Counted from the first letter of the stretch, positions 29,255 through 39,316 are shown. The stretch is 64,000 nt of DNA from a bacterium (GCA_010029825.1 RGVZ01000003.1:67-64066); one strand, 5' to 3'. Notes: generated by a model from the letters alone, not told the origin. A program made the numbers and translations.

Positions 29255-30079
29255 TTAGAGCCAGCCCCCGAACCAGTAGCCTGCAATCCCGAACCACTCG
29301 TTCAGGGTGGTCGAGGTTTTGCGCGCGGTGGCAAAGTTGAGCCAGCCGGATTCACTCACGAAACCAGCGGCCGGAGGAACTTCCGGGGCGATCACCGCGC
29401 AAACCTCAAAGCCGGCCTTTTCGAATGTGGCGGCAGCGCGTGGCATGTGAACCTGGGATGTGACCAGCACAACGCGCAGGGGAGCCGCCGGTGACAGGCT
29501 TTCCTGATGAAGGACATCTCGACTGAAGATGGCGTTGTCGTGGGTGTTGAGGCTGTGGTTTTCCGCGATGAAGCGCACGCCTTCAGCCTTGTTGCCCAGA
29601 ATGGAACGCGCAAAGGCGATCATTACCCCTGCCTCGGTGACAACTTCAGCCGCGGCGGACGTTGTCGGTCCTCCACTCATCACCACAAGTGCCGGGTGGT
29701 TGGTGGCGATCCAGCCAGCGGCAGCGTGGACCCGCTCCATGGTTTCAAAGGCAGGGAGTCCAGCGGCGGTGGCGCCGCCGCCCAGAACCACAACCGGACC
29801 CGGATGTCCGGAACAGTCGTTGGCGGTGGTGGCCAGTTCCGCCCCGGCGCGCAAAAGGGGCGCGCGGAGCAGGTTTGATGTCAGGGGTGAGGCGAACATG
29901 ACCAGCACGGCGAGACCAAGCCAGCCCGCAACCCGGGCGAGGCGCCATCTCCTTGCGCCGTAAAGCCCGGCGGCAATCAACACGCAAACCAGTCCAGCGT
30001 CGATCGACATGTCCTTGGCCACGCGGACCAGTGGACGGGACCAGCTGCTGGCTGATATTTGGGGTTGGGCAGGATCCAT
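29255..30079 (-). CDS. YdcF/ElyC (DUF218) family protein
   Basis: VVLGGG, SGG, EA..M, ENHSLNTHDNA and LVTSQVHMPRA. Confidence 0.9.
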   Translation of the reverse strand: MDPAQPQISASSWSRPLVRVAKDMSIDAGLVCVLIAAGLYGARRWRLARVAGWLGLAVLVMFASPLTSNLLRAPLLRAGAELATTANDCSGHPGPVVVLGGGATAAGLPAFETMERVHAAAGWIATNHPALVVMSGGPTTSAAAEVVTEAGVMIAFARSILGNKAEGVRFIAENHSLNTHDNAIFSRDVLHQESLSPAAPLRVVLVTSQVHMPRAAATFEKAGFEVCAVIAPEVPPAAGFVSESGWLNFATARKTSTTLNEWFGIAGYWFGGWL

Positions 30080-30820
30080 ATGCGTTACGACACCAGAATC
30101 GAAAAAGTGAGAGTTGGTTCATCCCCCGGGTTCCACAGGGAATTCGAAGTTGAGGTCATTGCTGATTTCAACCGGGCTATTGACGACATGTTCGCAGAGT
30201 TGCGGTCGCGCGGCGAGCAGGATTTGTTGGCGGAACTTTGCCCGTATTTCGGTGCGGTCTGGGATTCTGCCCGCGCCTTGTCCAACGTTCTTGCCGTGAA
30301 GCCTGACGCATATTTCAGGGGCATGGGTTTTCTGGAGATCGGATGCGGCCTCGCGATCCCGTCGATGGTGGCGCTCACGCGCGGTGCCGCGCGGGTCACC
30401 GCCACGGACATGCACCCGGATGTCCCGGATTTTTTGCGACGTAACCTGAAAGCCAACGCGCTGGGGGACCATCCCGGATTCCGTTATCAGGCGGTTGACT
30501 GGCGGCGCGACAAGGACGTTTTGCTGGGTGGGGAGGCAGGGATGATCGATTGCGTCCTTGCCAGTGACGTCTTGTACGATCGCGGGCAGGCGGATGCCGT
30601 TGCCGGATTTTTGCGGGAGGCGTTCGCGCGGGGAACGGCGCAGGCAATTGTGACTGACCCGGGGCGCCCTTATTTGCAGGAATTTGTTTCGGCGTGCGCG
30701 CGTCAGGGACTCAAGGTCGTCGTGGAAATCGAGCAGGTCGATCCGGTGGACAGGCGGCGCGATGTTTTCGTTTTGTGGGTTGATAAAGAGAGGATTCTTC
30801 GCCCTTCGGGCTCAGAATGA
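30080..30820 (+). CDS. Class I SAM-dependent methyltransferase (protein-lysine MTase family 16-like)
   Basis: PYFGAVW, LEIGCG, ASDVLYD and DPGR. Confidence 0.85.
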   Translation: MRYDTRIEKVRVGSSPGFHREFEVEVIADFNRAIDDMFAELRSRGEQDLLAELCPYFGAVWDSARALSNVLAVKPDAYFRGMGFLEIGCGLAIPSMVALTRGAARVTATDMHPDVPDFLRRNLKANALGDHPGFRYQAVDWRRDKDVLLGGEAGMIDCVLASDVLYDRGQADAVAGFLREAFARGTAQAIVTDPGRPYLQEFVSACARQGLKVVVEIEQVDPVDRRRDVFVLWVDKERILRPSGSE

Positions 30821-30853
30821 CGGGATACGGGCTCAGAATGACGGGATACGGGC
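30788..30853. repeat. REP-like element with 21-bp tandem duplication (GGGCTCAGAATGACGGGATAC x2)
   Basis: Units at 30808 and 30829; the head GAGAGGATTCTTCGC matches the 50222 element. Confidence 0.8.
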
Positions 30854-30870
30854 GCGGGTTGACGAGAGTT

Positions 30871-30946
30871 TGGTGGACCATAGCGGAGTCGAACCGCTGA
30901 CCTTTGCAATGCCATTGCAACGCTCTACCAACTGAGCTAATGGCCC
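30871..30946 (-). tRNA. tRNA-Ala(GGC)
   Basis: 76-nt cloverleaf GGGCCATTAGCTCAG...TTCGA...GGTCCACCA; GGC anticodon, G3:U70 pair, encoded CCA. Confidence 0.97.
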
Positions 30947-31087
30947 CCGAATGCTGGCAGACGGCGAATTTGCTGGAACGGCATGTGCTTGTCAACCGCT
31001 AATTGTGCGGTTAAGGTCAATCGTTGGTACCTTGGTTTTTCCAATGCTTTCGGGGATATAACCCTGGGTATTACGAGGATTCGACGC

Positions 31088-32320
31088 ATGGCCCAAGACT
31101 CATCCCGTTCGCACTCGTTGTCGTTGATCCTGGATGCGGCCCTTGCCTTGCTGGGTCTCTCCCTGTCGGCATACTCACTGCGGCACCACCTGGCGTTCAA
31201 GGCAAGTGGCGCGACCAACGCGGTATGCAACGTCAATGATGTCATCAGTTGTGACGCGGCGGCAGCGAGCCCCTACAGCGAGATCGCGGGGATTCCCCTT
31301 GGCGTTTACGGAATCGCGTTTTTCTCCTCTTTGCTTGTATTCAACGTGATGCGTGCCGCGGCTTCGCGAGGTGGTTCCCTTGGACGCATGGCGGCGCAGA
31401 CCCACGCGGTCATGGTGCTGATCGGCGTTGCCGTTTCGATTGTTCTCGCCATCGTTTCCGCGACTTCAGTCCAGGCGCTCTGCCTTGTTTGCGCGGGGAT
31501 TTACCTGGTCAACATCATGATGGCGTTTTCGTTGCACATGGGCCGTGCCCAACTCGCGAGACCGTTCAGCAAGAGAGCTGTCGCGATTGGAGGAGTCATC
31601 GCCTTCGCGATCACCGGGATATCTGGATGGAGTTACACACAGTTCGTCGCAACCAGAAAACCGTCCAAGCTGAACCCGCAATCAGCCCAGAGCCTGACGC
31701 AATCGTCTGCGCAACAGGCCGCACAGCCTTCCAGCCAGGGCGCGGCGCGCCAGATTCCCCTGTCGCGCTCTGCGTATTCAGGTGCTGGCGAGGACTACCG
31801 GTACGGCTATGAGCAAGCAAAGGTGGTGGTCCAGGAGTTCGTCGATTTCCAGTGTCCGGGCTGCGCGGTTCTCGCGTCGACGATCAAGGAACTGAAGGCG
31901 AAGTATGGATCCCGTGTTCTGTTTGTCTTCCGGAACTACCCGCTTGATGGCAAGTGCAATCACAACATCAACGGGACCTTTCACGCGCATGCGTGCGCCA
32001 TCGCCACCATGGCCCGCTGCGCAGGCCAATACGGTAAATTCTGGGAATACAACGAGCTCGCGTTTTCGAAGCAATCAGAGGCATCGGCCGAGAACGCCGT
32101 CAAATGGGCAAAGGTGACCGGGTTGCCCCAGGACGCGATCGAGACCTGCCAGAAGTCACAGGATATTCTCAGCAAGCTCAAGGACGATGTCGCGCTGGCA
32201 GACCAGCTCGGGGTCACGGGTACTCCGACATTATTCATCAACGGCGTGCGATACGATGGTGATCGCAGCCTGGCGGCACTGGGTGATGTTCTTGAGCGCG
32301 CGCTGATCGAAGCGCAGTAA
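31088..32320 (+). CDS. VKOR-DsbA/thioredoxin fusion
   Basis: VKOR C......SC.....SPYS and CLVC; DsbA DFQCPGC and GVTGTPT. Confidence 0.92.
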   Translation: MAQDSSRSHSLSLILDAALALLGLSLSAYSLRHHLAFKASGATNAVCNVNDVISCDAAAASPYSEIAGIPLGVYGIAFFSSLLVFNVMRAAASRGGSLGRMAAQTHAVMVLIGVAVSIVLAIVSATSVQALCLVCAGIYLVNIMMAFSLHMGRAQLARPFSKRAVAIGGVIAFAITGISGWSYTQFVATRKPSKLNPQSAQSLTQSSAQQAAQPSSQGAARQIPLSRSAYSGAGEDYRYGYEQAKVVVQEFVDFQCPGCAVLASTIKELKAKYGSRVLFVFRNYPLDGKCNHNINGTFHAHACAIATMARCAGQYGKFWEYNELAFSKQSEASAENAVKWAKVTGLPQDAIETCQKSQDILSKLKDDVALADQLGVTGTPTLFINGVRYDGDRSLAALGDVLERALIEAQ

Positions 32321-32337
32321 GAAACGGTGAATTGCCC

Positions 32338-33129
32338 GTGAAGATCCATTTCGAGAACAATTTCCAGCGGAAGGTGATGATCGTCACTTTCCCGGAGGCC
32401 GTTGTCATCACGTCCGACAGGGATGTCATGGAAATGCGCTCCCAGTGGATGGGCGCGCTCAAGTCCTGGCATTCGCCTTACAAGGCGCTGGTGGACCTGG
32501 CAAACCTGTCCGTTCATCCTGCCCCTGGACAGGACGGGAAAGTCCGCGACGCGTTCGCGCGCATGATGAAATTCCTTGAGGGATTGTTCTTGCGAAAGGC
32601 CATCGCATTCGGCTTTGACGCGTCGCTTGGTCACGAGTTTCTCCCATTCGAGGTCGCGACTGGTGAGGATGAGGCCCGCGAAAAGGTTGGTTTGCGTGAG
32701 GCGATCGCGCGCGGCGCCCCGGGCGACTTCCGGTCGTCAATCCAGTTCCAGAATCATTTCCGGCAGCACACCGTTGAGATGAGCTTTTCCGTGCCAGTCG
32801 TGATCGAGTCAAATGAACAGGTGGATATCCTGAAGTCCAGGATCATGAACAACTTGATGCAGTGGCATTCAAAATGGAACTTGCTCGTCGACTGCGCGAA
32901 TATGGAAGTCGCGGAATCCGCGCGACCATTCCTGGCTGCCTTGGAGAAGCCCTTGCGGGGATTTTTCATGAAAGACTGGGTGGGATATTCGCCAAAAGGT
33001 GGGGCTGACCACTATCCATTCAAGACTTTCCGGGCGCGGCACAATGCCGTGGCCCGGCTGGAGGCCGAAGGCCTGTTTTCCGGGGACGCGGCGCAATGCA
33101 AGTCCAGCGCGCCGCCAACAAAAAAGTGA
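32338..33129 (+). CDS. Hypothetical protein of two internally duplicated alpha/beta domains
   Basis: F.N.F...WHS....LVD.AN....L.G.F occurs twice. Confidence 0.75.
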   Translation: MKIHFENNFQRKVMIVTFPEAVVITSDRDVMEMRSQWMGALKSWHSPYKALVDLANLSVHPAPGQDGKVRDAFARMMKFLEGLFLRKAIAFGFDASLGHEFLPFEVATGEDEAREKVGLREAIARGAPGDFRSSIQFQNHFRQHTVEMSFSVPVVIESNEQVDILKSRIMNNLMQWHSKWNLLVDCANMEVAESARPFLAALEKPLRGFFMKDWVGYSPKGGADHYPFKTFRARHNAVARLEAEGLFSGDAAQCKSSAPPTKK

Positions 33130-33150
33130 CATGGAACGGGAAGGAAGAAG

Positions 33151-34125
33151 ATGACATCCTTGCGTCGCGATTCTCACAGCTGGCTTTATCCACCCATCGA
33201 ACCCCACAACGCCGGCCACCTGAAGGTTGGTTCGGGTCACGAGATTTACTTCGAGGTTTCCGGGAACCCCAAGGGGAAGCCCGTGATTTTCGTTCATGGC
33301 GGACCGGGGGGAGGCACTGAGGCCAAACACCGTCAATTCTTCAACCCGGAAAAATACCGGATCGTGCTGTTTGACCAGCGCGGTTGCGGCAAAAGTCGCC
33401 CGTGGGCGTCCCTTGACGACAACACGACATGGCACCTCATTGACGACATGGAGGCGATCCGCAAACACCTCGGGATCGAGCGGTGGCAAGTGTTCGGCGG
33501 ATCGTGGGGCAGCACCCTGAGCCTTGCCTACGCACAAACGCACCCAGCGCGCGTCACGGAGCTGGTGCTTCGGGGAATATTCCTGATCCGGAAAAAGGAG
33601 ATCGACTGGTTTTACCAGGAAGGCGCAAGCAACATCTTCCCGGACGCGTGGGAGCCATACAAGGAGGCGATTCCTGAAGGTGAACGCGGGGATTTCCTGA
33701 CGGCATATCACAAGCGCCTGACGAGTCCGGACCGGGAAACCCAATTGAAGGCGGCCAGAGCCTGGAGTACCTGGGAAGGCGCGACCAGCAAGTTGTTCCC
33801 GGACGAGGCTGTTACGCAACGGTTCGGCGCTGACGATTTTGCCCTCGCCTTCGCGCGGATCGAGTCCCATTATTTCTTCAACAAGGGATTCTTTGATTCA
33901 GACGGTCAATTACTCAAGAATGTGGACCGGATCAGGCACATTCCATGCGTCATCGTCCAGGGCCGTTACGACGTGTGTTGCCCGATGCGGTCCGCGTGGG
34001 ACCTGCACAAGGCCTGGCCCGAGGCGGAATTCTTCGTCATACCGGACGCGGGACACGCGGCGGGTGAGTCCGGCATCAGCCGTGCGCTAACTGCCGCGAC
34101 GGATCGTTTTGCTGGCCTGGCATGA
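33151..34125 (+). CDS. pip: Prolyl aminopeptidase
   Basis: HGGPGG, FDQRGCGKS, FGGSWGS, QGRYD and AGH. Confidence 0.95.
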   Translation: MTSLRRDSHSWLYPPIEPHNAGHLKVGSGHEIYFEVSGNPKGKPVIFVHGGPGGGTEAKHRQFFNPEKYRIVLFDQRGCGKSRPWASLDDNTTWHLIDDMEAIRKHLGIERWQVFGGSWGSTLSLAYAQTHPARVTELVLRGIFLIRKKEIDWFYQEGASNIFPDAWEPYKEAIPEGERGDFLTAYHKRLTSPDRETQLKAARAWSTWEGATSKLFPDEAVTQRFGADDFALAFARIESHYFFNKGFFDSDGQLLKNVDRIRHIPCVIVQGRYDVCCPMRSAWDLHKAWPEAEFFVIPDAGHAAGESGISRALTAATDRFAGLA

Positions 34126-36286
34126 TTTTCTGTTTCAGCGGCATCTTGCGCAGCGCCTTGTGCAGGATGCGTTGCTCTGCGCGGCTATGGGCGTCGCGTC
34201 TGTAAAGGTCGCGCTCGAGGGCATGGTGAGCGCTGGTCACAAGATCGGGATTGATGCCGGACTCAAGCAACCGTTTATGGAACTCAAGGTAGGACTCGCC
34301 TTTTTTGCGAGTGAATCCCGCGCTGATGAGGCGCGCGGCCAACGCGCGATAGTAGGCTGGCGCATCGGGTAAATGATCATCCCTGGTGAGGACCCGTATC
34401 AACAGCCATGCTGAAATCGCGAACAGGACCCCCAGCATCGTAAGTTCTGTCGTATTCTGGTCCCACGAGACGTTCTTGACGTCGAGGAGCCTTGACATGT
34501 CCACGCGGCTGACGGTGATGACGAGCTCCTTCTGGGCTTTGGCGTCATAGTCAATGACGTACCGGATGAACCAGAAACGTACCGCGTTCGCGATCGCGCT
34601 ATAGGCTTCCTCGATGCTTGATCTCCGTGAAGTCTGGAGAACGAGCGGGGTCGGATCGTAAGGCAGCCACCCGACGCCCGGCGAGAAAATCTCGAGCCAA
34701 ACATGGGCATTGCGCTCCGGGACTTCAAGCATGCTCGACATGACGTTGAACTGGCCGCCGTGGTATCCCGACACAAGCCGCGCGGGTATGCCGAGGTTGC
34801 GCAGATACAATGCCGCGGATGTCGCGAACAATTCACAGTGCCCTTCCTTGCCGGTCGTCAGGAATTGTCTCAGGTTGTCTTCACCGGTGAATTCGAATTT
34901 GAGACTGGCTGTGTATTGCTGGCGGTAATGTCGCTGCAAGTTCCGCAAGATATGCCCGATGCCCATGGACGCCGGCGGGGCGCCCAGTTCGTTATTCACT
35001 TTTTGCACGAAATCGCCAAACCATGGTTGGCTTGCAACTTCAGCCGGGATCTCCGTCAGTCGCTTCGCGTCGCCCGCGGACATCTCAAAATACCGTTTCA
35101 CCTGGGGAGGAAGTGAATCCATCACTCCCCGGTACCGGGTGAGCGAGATGTCAATCTCCTCGTGAGAATTCGGCAGCGCTGGGCTGAACCGGAGGTCATA
35201 GTGGTATCGCATGGACTCGTCGCGGTTCAGGATGATGGTCCCGTTCGTGTCGACAATCGTTTCCTGGCTGATCCGCATCGGAATCTCGAGATTCCAGAGG
35301 CCGTAAGGAACCAATAATTCCCTTGCGGCAGAGGGTTCCCTGAAAAACGAGAGCTCCATCTGCGCCTTTGTGTGCGCCTTGCCGACGCGGAAGTCGGCTG
35401 TCTGCATGACGAGTTGCGCAAATTTTCCGGAGTTCTGCCAGGTTTTCCCGTTGAAGGCATCCAACGTGGCGCCACGAAGATAAAGCATCGGGCCGTTGTT
35501 TGCGAGCCATTCGGTGTCGCGGGAGGAAATCCACGTGTAGACGCGGTTCGATTCCTCGATACTGCCTTTGCCGCCGAGGTTCACCTGGTTTGAATAACCC
35601 GTCCGGGACCTGACGCCTGACAGGTTGAAGTCCATCGCGAGATCGTTTACGCGCGGGAACCAGTAAAAAATCATCCCTCCGAAAATGACGCCAATCGGGA
35701 TTGCCCGCACCAGCTGGTAAAAGAAATTGACCGTCAGTCGTTCAGTCGCGTCGCCCGCGTTCACCGAGAGGAAATACATTCGCGCGGCGTTCAAGGTCAT
35801 TGCCATCGCGACAATGAACGCGAGGAACGCGCCATAACTGTCGAGGTTGTCAGCCAGCATGACAGCGCCGAGAGATATCAGGTTTGTCACCGTGATCGCG
35901 GCAAACACGCGACGCTGCGCAGTCATGTTCTGCATGAGGGCAGGGAGCACCGCCAGCAGTGTTTCCATCGCTATTGTCGCGAAGTCTTTCTCTGCGCGTC
36001 GCGCGAGGAATGCCCACAGGACGATCGCGAGGCTGACGGCGTATCCGCCGAGGCGGACCGTCCGAAGACTGCGCTGCGCGAGCCGACGATGGCCAAGCAC
36101 ACAGACTGCGCACAGGGTCGCGGAAGCAATCAGTGGCGGTAACGTTGTGGCATGGCTCAGGGCGGTCAATCCGAGTGTTGTGACAAGCAGGATTGACCAT
36201 GACAGAAAATAATAGTTGGGCGCGGTTATGACCGCGAACCTCCAGACGCGATGGTCTAGTGCGTTTTGGATGGTGTTCTTGATCAT
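34076..36286 (-). CDS. Membrane transglutaminase-domain protein (TgpA/DUF3488-like)
   Basis: N-terminal TM bundle; GHCELFA, PARLVSGY, HVWLE and DPTP. Confidence 0.9.
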   Translation of the reverse strand: MIKNTIQNALDHRVWRFAVITAPNYYFLSWSILLVTTLGLTALSHATTLPPLIASATLCAVCVLGHRRLAQRSLRTVRLGGYAVSLAIVLWAFLARRAEKDFATIAMETLLAVLPALMQNMTAQRRVFAAITVTNLISLGAVMLADNLDSYGAFLAFIVAMAMTLNAARMYFLSVNAGDATERLTVNFFYQLVRAIPIGVIFGGMIFYWFPRVNDLAMDFNLSGVRSRTGYSNQVNLGGKGSIEESNRVYTWISSRDTEWLANNGPMLYLRGATLDAFNGKTWQNSGKFAQLVMQTADFRVGKAHTKAQMELSFFREPSAARELLVPYGLWNLEIPMRISQETIVDTNGTIILNRDESMRYHYDLRFSPALPNSHEEIDISLTRYRGVMDSLPPQVKRYFEMSAGDAKRLTEIPAEVASQPWFGDFVQKVNNELGAPPASMGIGHILRNLQRHYRQQYTASLKFEFTGEDNLRQFLTTGKEGHCELFATSAALYLRNLGIPARLVSGYHGGQFNVMSSMLEVPERNAHVWLEIFSPGVGWLPYDPTPLVLQTSRRSSIEEAYSAIANAVRFWFIRYVIDYDAKAQKELVITVSRVDMSRLLDVKNVSWDQNTTELTMLGVLFAISAWLLIRVLTRDDHLPDAPAYYRALAARLISAGFTRKKGESYLEFHKRLLESGINPDLVTSAHHALERDLYRRDAHSRAEQRILHKALRKMPLKQKIMPGQQNDPSRQLAHG

Positions 36287-37368
36287 CTATGGCGCCCCGC
36301 CGCGAGCCGCGGGTCATGGCTGATATAATTACGCCATTCATAGCCCGCCAGTGAGATTTCAAGTTGCAGGAAAACCCCTTTGATCTCGGCTTTCGCGTCG
36401 AGGATTTCCCACTTCCGGTCCTTGTTCGCGTGATCGGGCAGTGCCGCGAGGAAGTGACAGATTTCCTCGTAGCCAGAGGTATATGAGCCATCGTCGTGCT
36501 GCAATATCACTTCGCGTGACGCGTCCTTGATGACTTCGGCAGCGGTCCTGATAACGCTGATCAGGCGCTCGTAGGTTTCTTCGGTCTCGGCCTTCCGGAG
36601 CGCTCCCCAGTTCGTGGTGATCATGATGCCGAATTCCGCGACTTCCGAGCGATACTCCTTGAGCACCCAGAGTCGGGCTGGCTTTCCCGCGCTTTTTTTC
36701 CAGTCGATGTGACGGGATGAATCCTGGATTGTGTGGGGCTTGTGCGCGAAAAACTCCCGTTCGTCGTCTTGCTGGGCGACGCGTTTGCGGTAGTCGCTTT
36801 TGAGTTGCTCATAGAGTTCCGGAACGATCCTGGGCAGCACCGTCAGGAAGCCCTTCGCCTCGGTGATCTTGAATTTGTCGATGAGCCCGAATGGAAAGTT
36901 TGTCCGCAGCAGGAATTTTATCGAGCGATAGAGCCCTCGCTTCATCGGATCCATGCGAACGGTTATCGTTTTTGAGGCTTTGGGCGGCAATGACATGACG
37001 TTGCCAGTTCCAAACGTACCCTTCGGTTTCACGGGAAGGATGATGGCCTTCGGGATCTCCCGGACGGCATAATTCTCGAATCCATAGATAGGCACGAATC
37101 GGTGGTTGTTCTGGACGACGAGCAAGAGATCGAAAGCTTTGCCAGTTTCCGCGCTGTGCTGCAGGTACCCGGAAACCTGATAGTTCTTGATCGCGGATTC
37201 AGAGAGGATCCCGGAGATGAGGATCAGGCTGAGGCCCGACGCGAGAAACAGGAAAAGGGCGTTCATTCCCGTATTGACCGCGATGAGGCCCGCGACAAAA
37301 ACAAGCGCCAGGGCGTACACGCCCGGCGTCGTGAAGGAAAGTCCGCGGTTTACGGATTTATAGTACAT
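36283..37368 (-). CDS. DUF58 protein
   Basis: A.NTG.N, FPFGL and RHIDWKKSA; lies between moxR and the transglutaminase. Confidence 0.85.
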   Translation of the reverse strand: MYYKSVNRGLSFTTPGVYALALVFVAGLIAVNTGMNALFLFLASGLSLILISGILSESAIKNYQVSGYLQHSAETGKAFDLLLVVQNNHRFVPIYGFENYAVREIPKAIILPVKPKGTFGTGNVMSLPPKASKTITVRMDPMKRGLYRSIKFLLRTNFPFGLIDKFKITEAKGFLTVLPRIVPELYEQLKSDYRKRVAQQDDEREFFAHKPHTIQDSSRHIDWKKSAGKPARLWVLKEYRSEVAEFGIMITTNWGALRKAETEETYERLISVIRTAAEVIKDASREVILQHDDGSYTSGYEEICHFLAALPDHANKDRKWEILDAKAEIKGVFLQLEISLAGYEWRNYISHDPRLAAGRHR

Positions 37369-37398
37369 GTTGCCCCGTTCCGGCCCGGATCGTGTTGA

Positions 37399-38373
37399 TC
37401 AGTCAATATCGACCTGGGCAATGATGTTCTTGATCGCCTCGTTGCCATCGAGTCCCGCGCGCGGAATGACCCTGTGGGCAAGGGATGATGTCGCGAGGTA
37501 CAGCAAGTCATCGGGGATAACATAATCCCGGCCTTCAACGAGGGCGCGGGCCTTGGCCATCCGCAACCAGGAGACTCCGCCCCGGGTCGAGATACCGAGC
37601 TTGATGCTCTCGGCGTGACGCGAGGCATCGATGACGCGTTTGGCGATCGACAGGACACGGTCGGCCACAAATACGCCGTCAAGCGCGGCCTGCGTGCGCA
37701 GAAGCTCGCCGTTCTCGAGCAGTTTTTCCGGGACCGAGGCCAACGGGTCCATGGTCGCCACGCGCAGGATTTCGATCTCTTTGGATTTGGACGGATAATC
37801 GAGGCGGATTTTGGCGGCAAACCGGTCCAGCTGGCTCTCAGGCAGCGGATAAGTTCCGATGCTCTCATTCGGGTTCTGCGTCGCGAAGACGACGAATGGT
37901 TTGGGGAGCGGCTGGGACCGGCCCTCGATGGTTACGGATCCCTCTCCCATGGCCTCGAGCAGCGCTGACTGCGTGCGCGGTGACGCCCGGTTCAGTTCGT
38001 CGGCGAGAACGATCTGGGTGAAGATCGGGCCCCTGTGGAACTGGAACTTCTGGGTTTCCTGGTTGTAGACATCCACCCCGATGACGTCGCTCGGCAGAAC
38101 GTCATTGGTGAACTGGACACGTTTGAAGTCCAGGCCAAGCATTTTCGCGATGGATTTGATAAACGTTGTTTTACCGATTCCGGGGACATCCTCAAGAAGG
38201 ACGTGTCCCTGGGCAAGGATGGCGCAGAGCGAGACAGTGCACACCATCGGTTTCTCCGGTACGAGCAGCTCCATCTGCTTGCGCAGGAGTTTCAGGCTGT
38301 CGAAGACCTGGCTTGAGATCAGGGTCTCGGTTGACGGACGTTCTTGTTCCATTTTTCGCGCATGCGCAGCCAT
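37399..38373 (-). CDS. moxR: MoxR family AAA+ ATPase
   Basis: EDVPGIGKT, DELNRASPRTQSALLEAM, ATQNP and LPESQLDRF. Confidence 0.93.
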   Translation of the reverse strand: MAAHARKMEQERPSTETLISSQVFDSLKLLRKQMELLVPEKPMVCTVSLCAILAQGHVLLEDVPGIGKTTFIKSIAKMLGLDFKRVQFTNDVLPSDVIGVDVYNQETQKFQFHRGPIFTQIVLADELNRASPRTQSALLEAMGEGSVTIEGRSQPLPKPFVVFATQNPNESIGTYPLPESQLDRFAAKIRLDYPSKSKEIEILRVATMDPLASVPEKLLENGELLRTQAALDGVFVADRVLSIAKRVIDASRHAESIKLGISTRGGVSWLRMAKARALVEGRDYVIPDDLLYLATSSLAHRVIPRAGLDGNEAIKNIIAQVDID

Positions 38374-38506
38374 GGGCTCCCCCGCAATTGAAAGAGGTCT
38401 TGCGTATCCTGTGTCGGCACGGGGTTACCGGGTGTGAGTGAGTGGCAGATTTGGTGAATTTGAAAAATTCCCCGATTGGCCTGTGATCTCCGGCGACAGT
38501 CAAAAG

Positions 38507-38537
38507 AAAAAAGGACCCCGGAAGGGTCCTTTTTTTG
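38507..38537. terminator. Intrinsic (bidirectional-type) terminator
   Basis: AAAAAAGGACCC-CGGAA-GGGTCCTTTTTTT downstream of the 38558 gene. Confidence 0.85.
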
Positions 38538-38557
38538 ATTGGTGTGATTCCCGCTGG

Positions 38558-39272
38558 TCAGTCGAGCGGTTGGATGCTCCAGGTTTCATTCCCGCGGTCC
38601 CCGATTCCGTTCCACGGCTGCGAGGGTTGGGGCGGCGTGCCCGGTTGTGTCTGTGGATCAGCCGGCGGCTGATTGCTTGGCGGCTGATTGCTCGGCTGAT
38701 TGCTCGGTGGAACGGTGCCTTCGATGCCGACATTGATGGAGAGGCTTGTGTCGATCGGCTGTGGGTTCGGCGCCGGGACGGGGTTCGTGTTCGGGGGCGG
38801 GGTGATGCCGGGGTTCGATGGCGGCGAAACAAGACGCAAGGTGAGTTCCATCTCGTTCTGGCCCGGGCGAAGGGTGACGCCCTGGCGCTCTCCTTTCAAG
38901 CGAAGCGCGGTACCTTCATAGATCTCAAGGGTGACTGTTCCCGGCTGGTTTGGCTTCAATTTGTTGAGACTGACGCGTGACTTGCCCATGTTGAAGCGGA
39001 TCGCGCCCGAATCGGTTTTACCGAGGAAACTGAACTTGTACGACAGCTTCGCGGTGTCCACATTGAAATTGTCTTTCAGCACGCGCTCGTCGAGCACCGC
39101 GGTCAAGCTGCCCGTATCGGCATCAGACTGGTCACCGCCATTCTGGGTATACCCCGGGCCGACCGGTCGCTGGACCTGCTGGTTGCCCGGGGCGACTTCG
39201 ACACCCGGGGCGCGGGATACGCAGCCGGTGGAGACAGTCAAAGGAAACGGTAATGTGCCGTGCGCGATTCAT
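38558..39272 (-). CDS. Pro/Gln/Asn-rich putative lipoprotein with an apparent 1-nt frameshift near the start
   Basis: Main ORF 38558..39241 contains STGC; the RBS-preceded ATG at 39272 is in another frame. Confidence 0.65.
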
Positions 39273-39300
39273 GCTCTTCCTCCGGGTTTGCCTGGGAATG

Positions 39301-39316
39301 TGCAAGGCACGGGCCA
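39301..39316 (-). promoter_or_regulatory. Sigma54 -24/-12 promoter
   Basis: TGGCCCGTGCCTTGCA (GG-N10-GC) about 30 nt upstream of the ATG at 39272. Confidence 0.6.

Noticed and set aside
30871-30946. tRNA as integration site of an island or prophage
   Set aside because: No integrase, and I saw no duplicated tRNA 3' end in the window
31088-32320. VKOR-DsbA fusion as a novelty
   Set aside because: VKOR-thioredoxin-fold fusions are established
34076-38373. MoxR-DUF58-transglutaminase operon as a novel system
   Set aside because: A well-known, widespread arrangement
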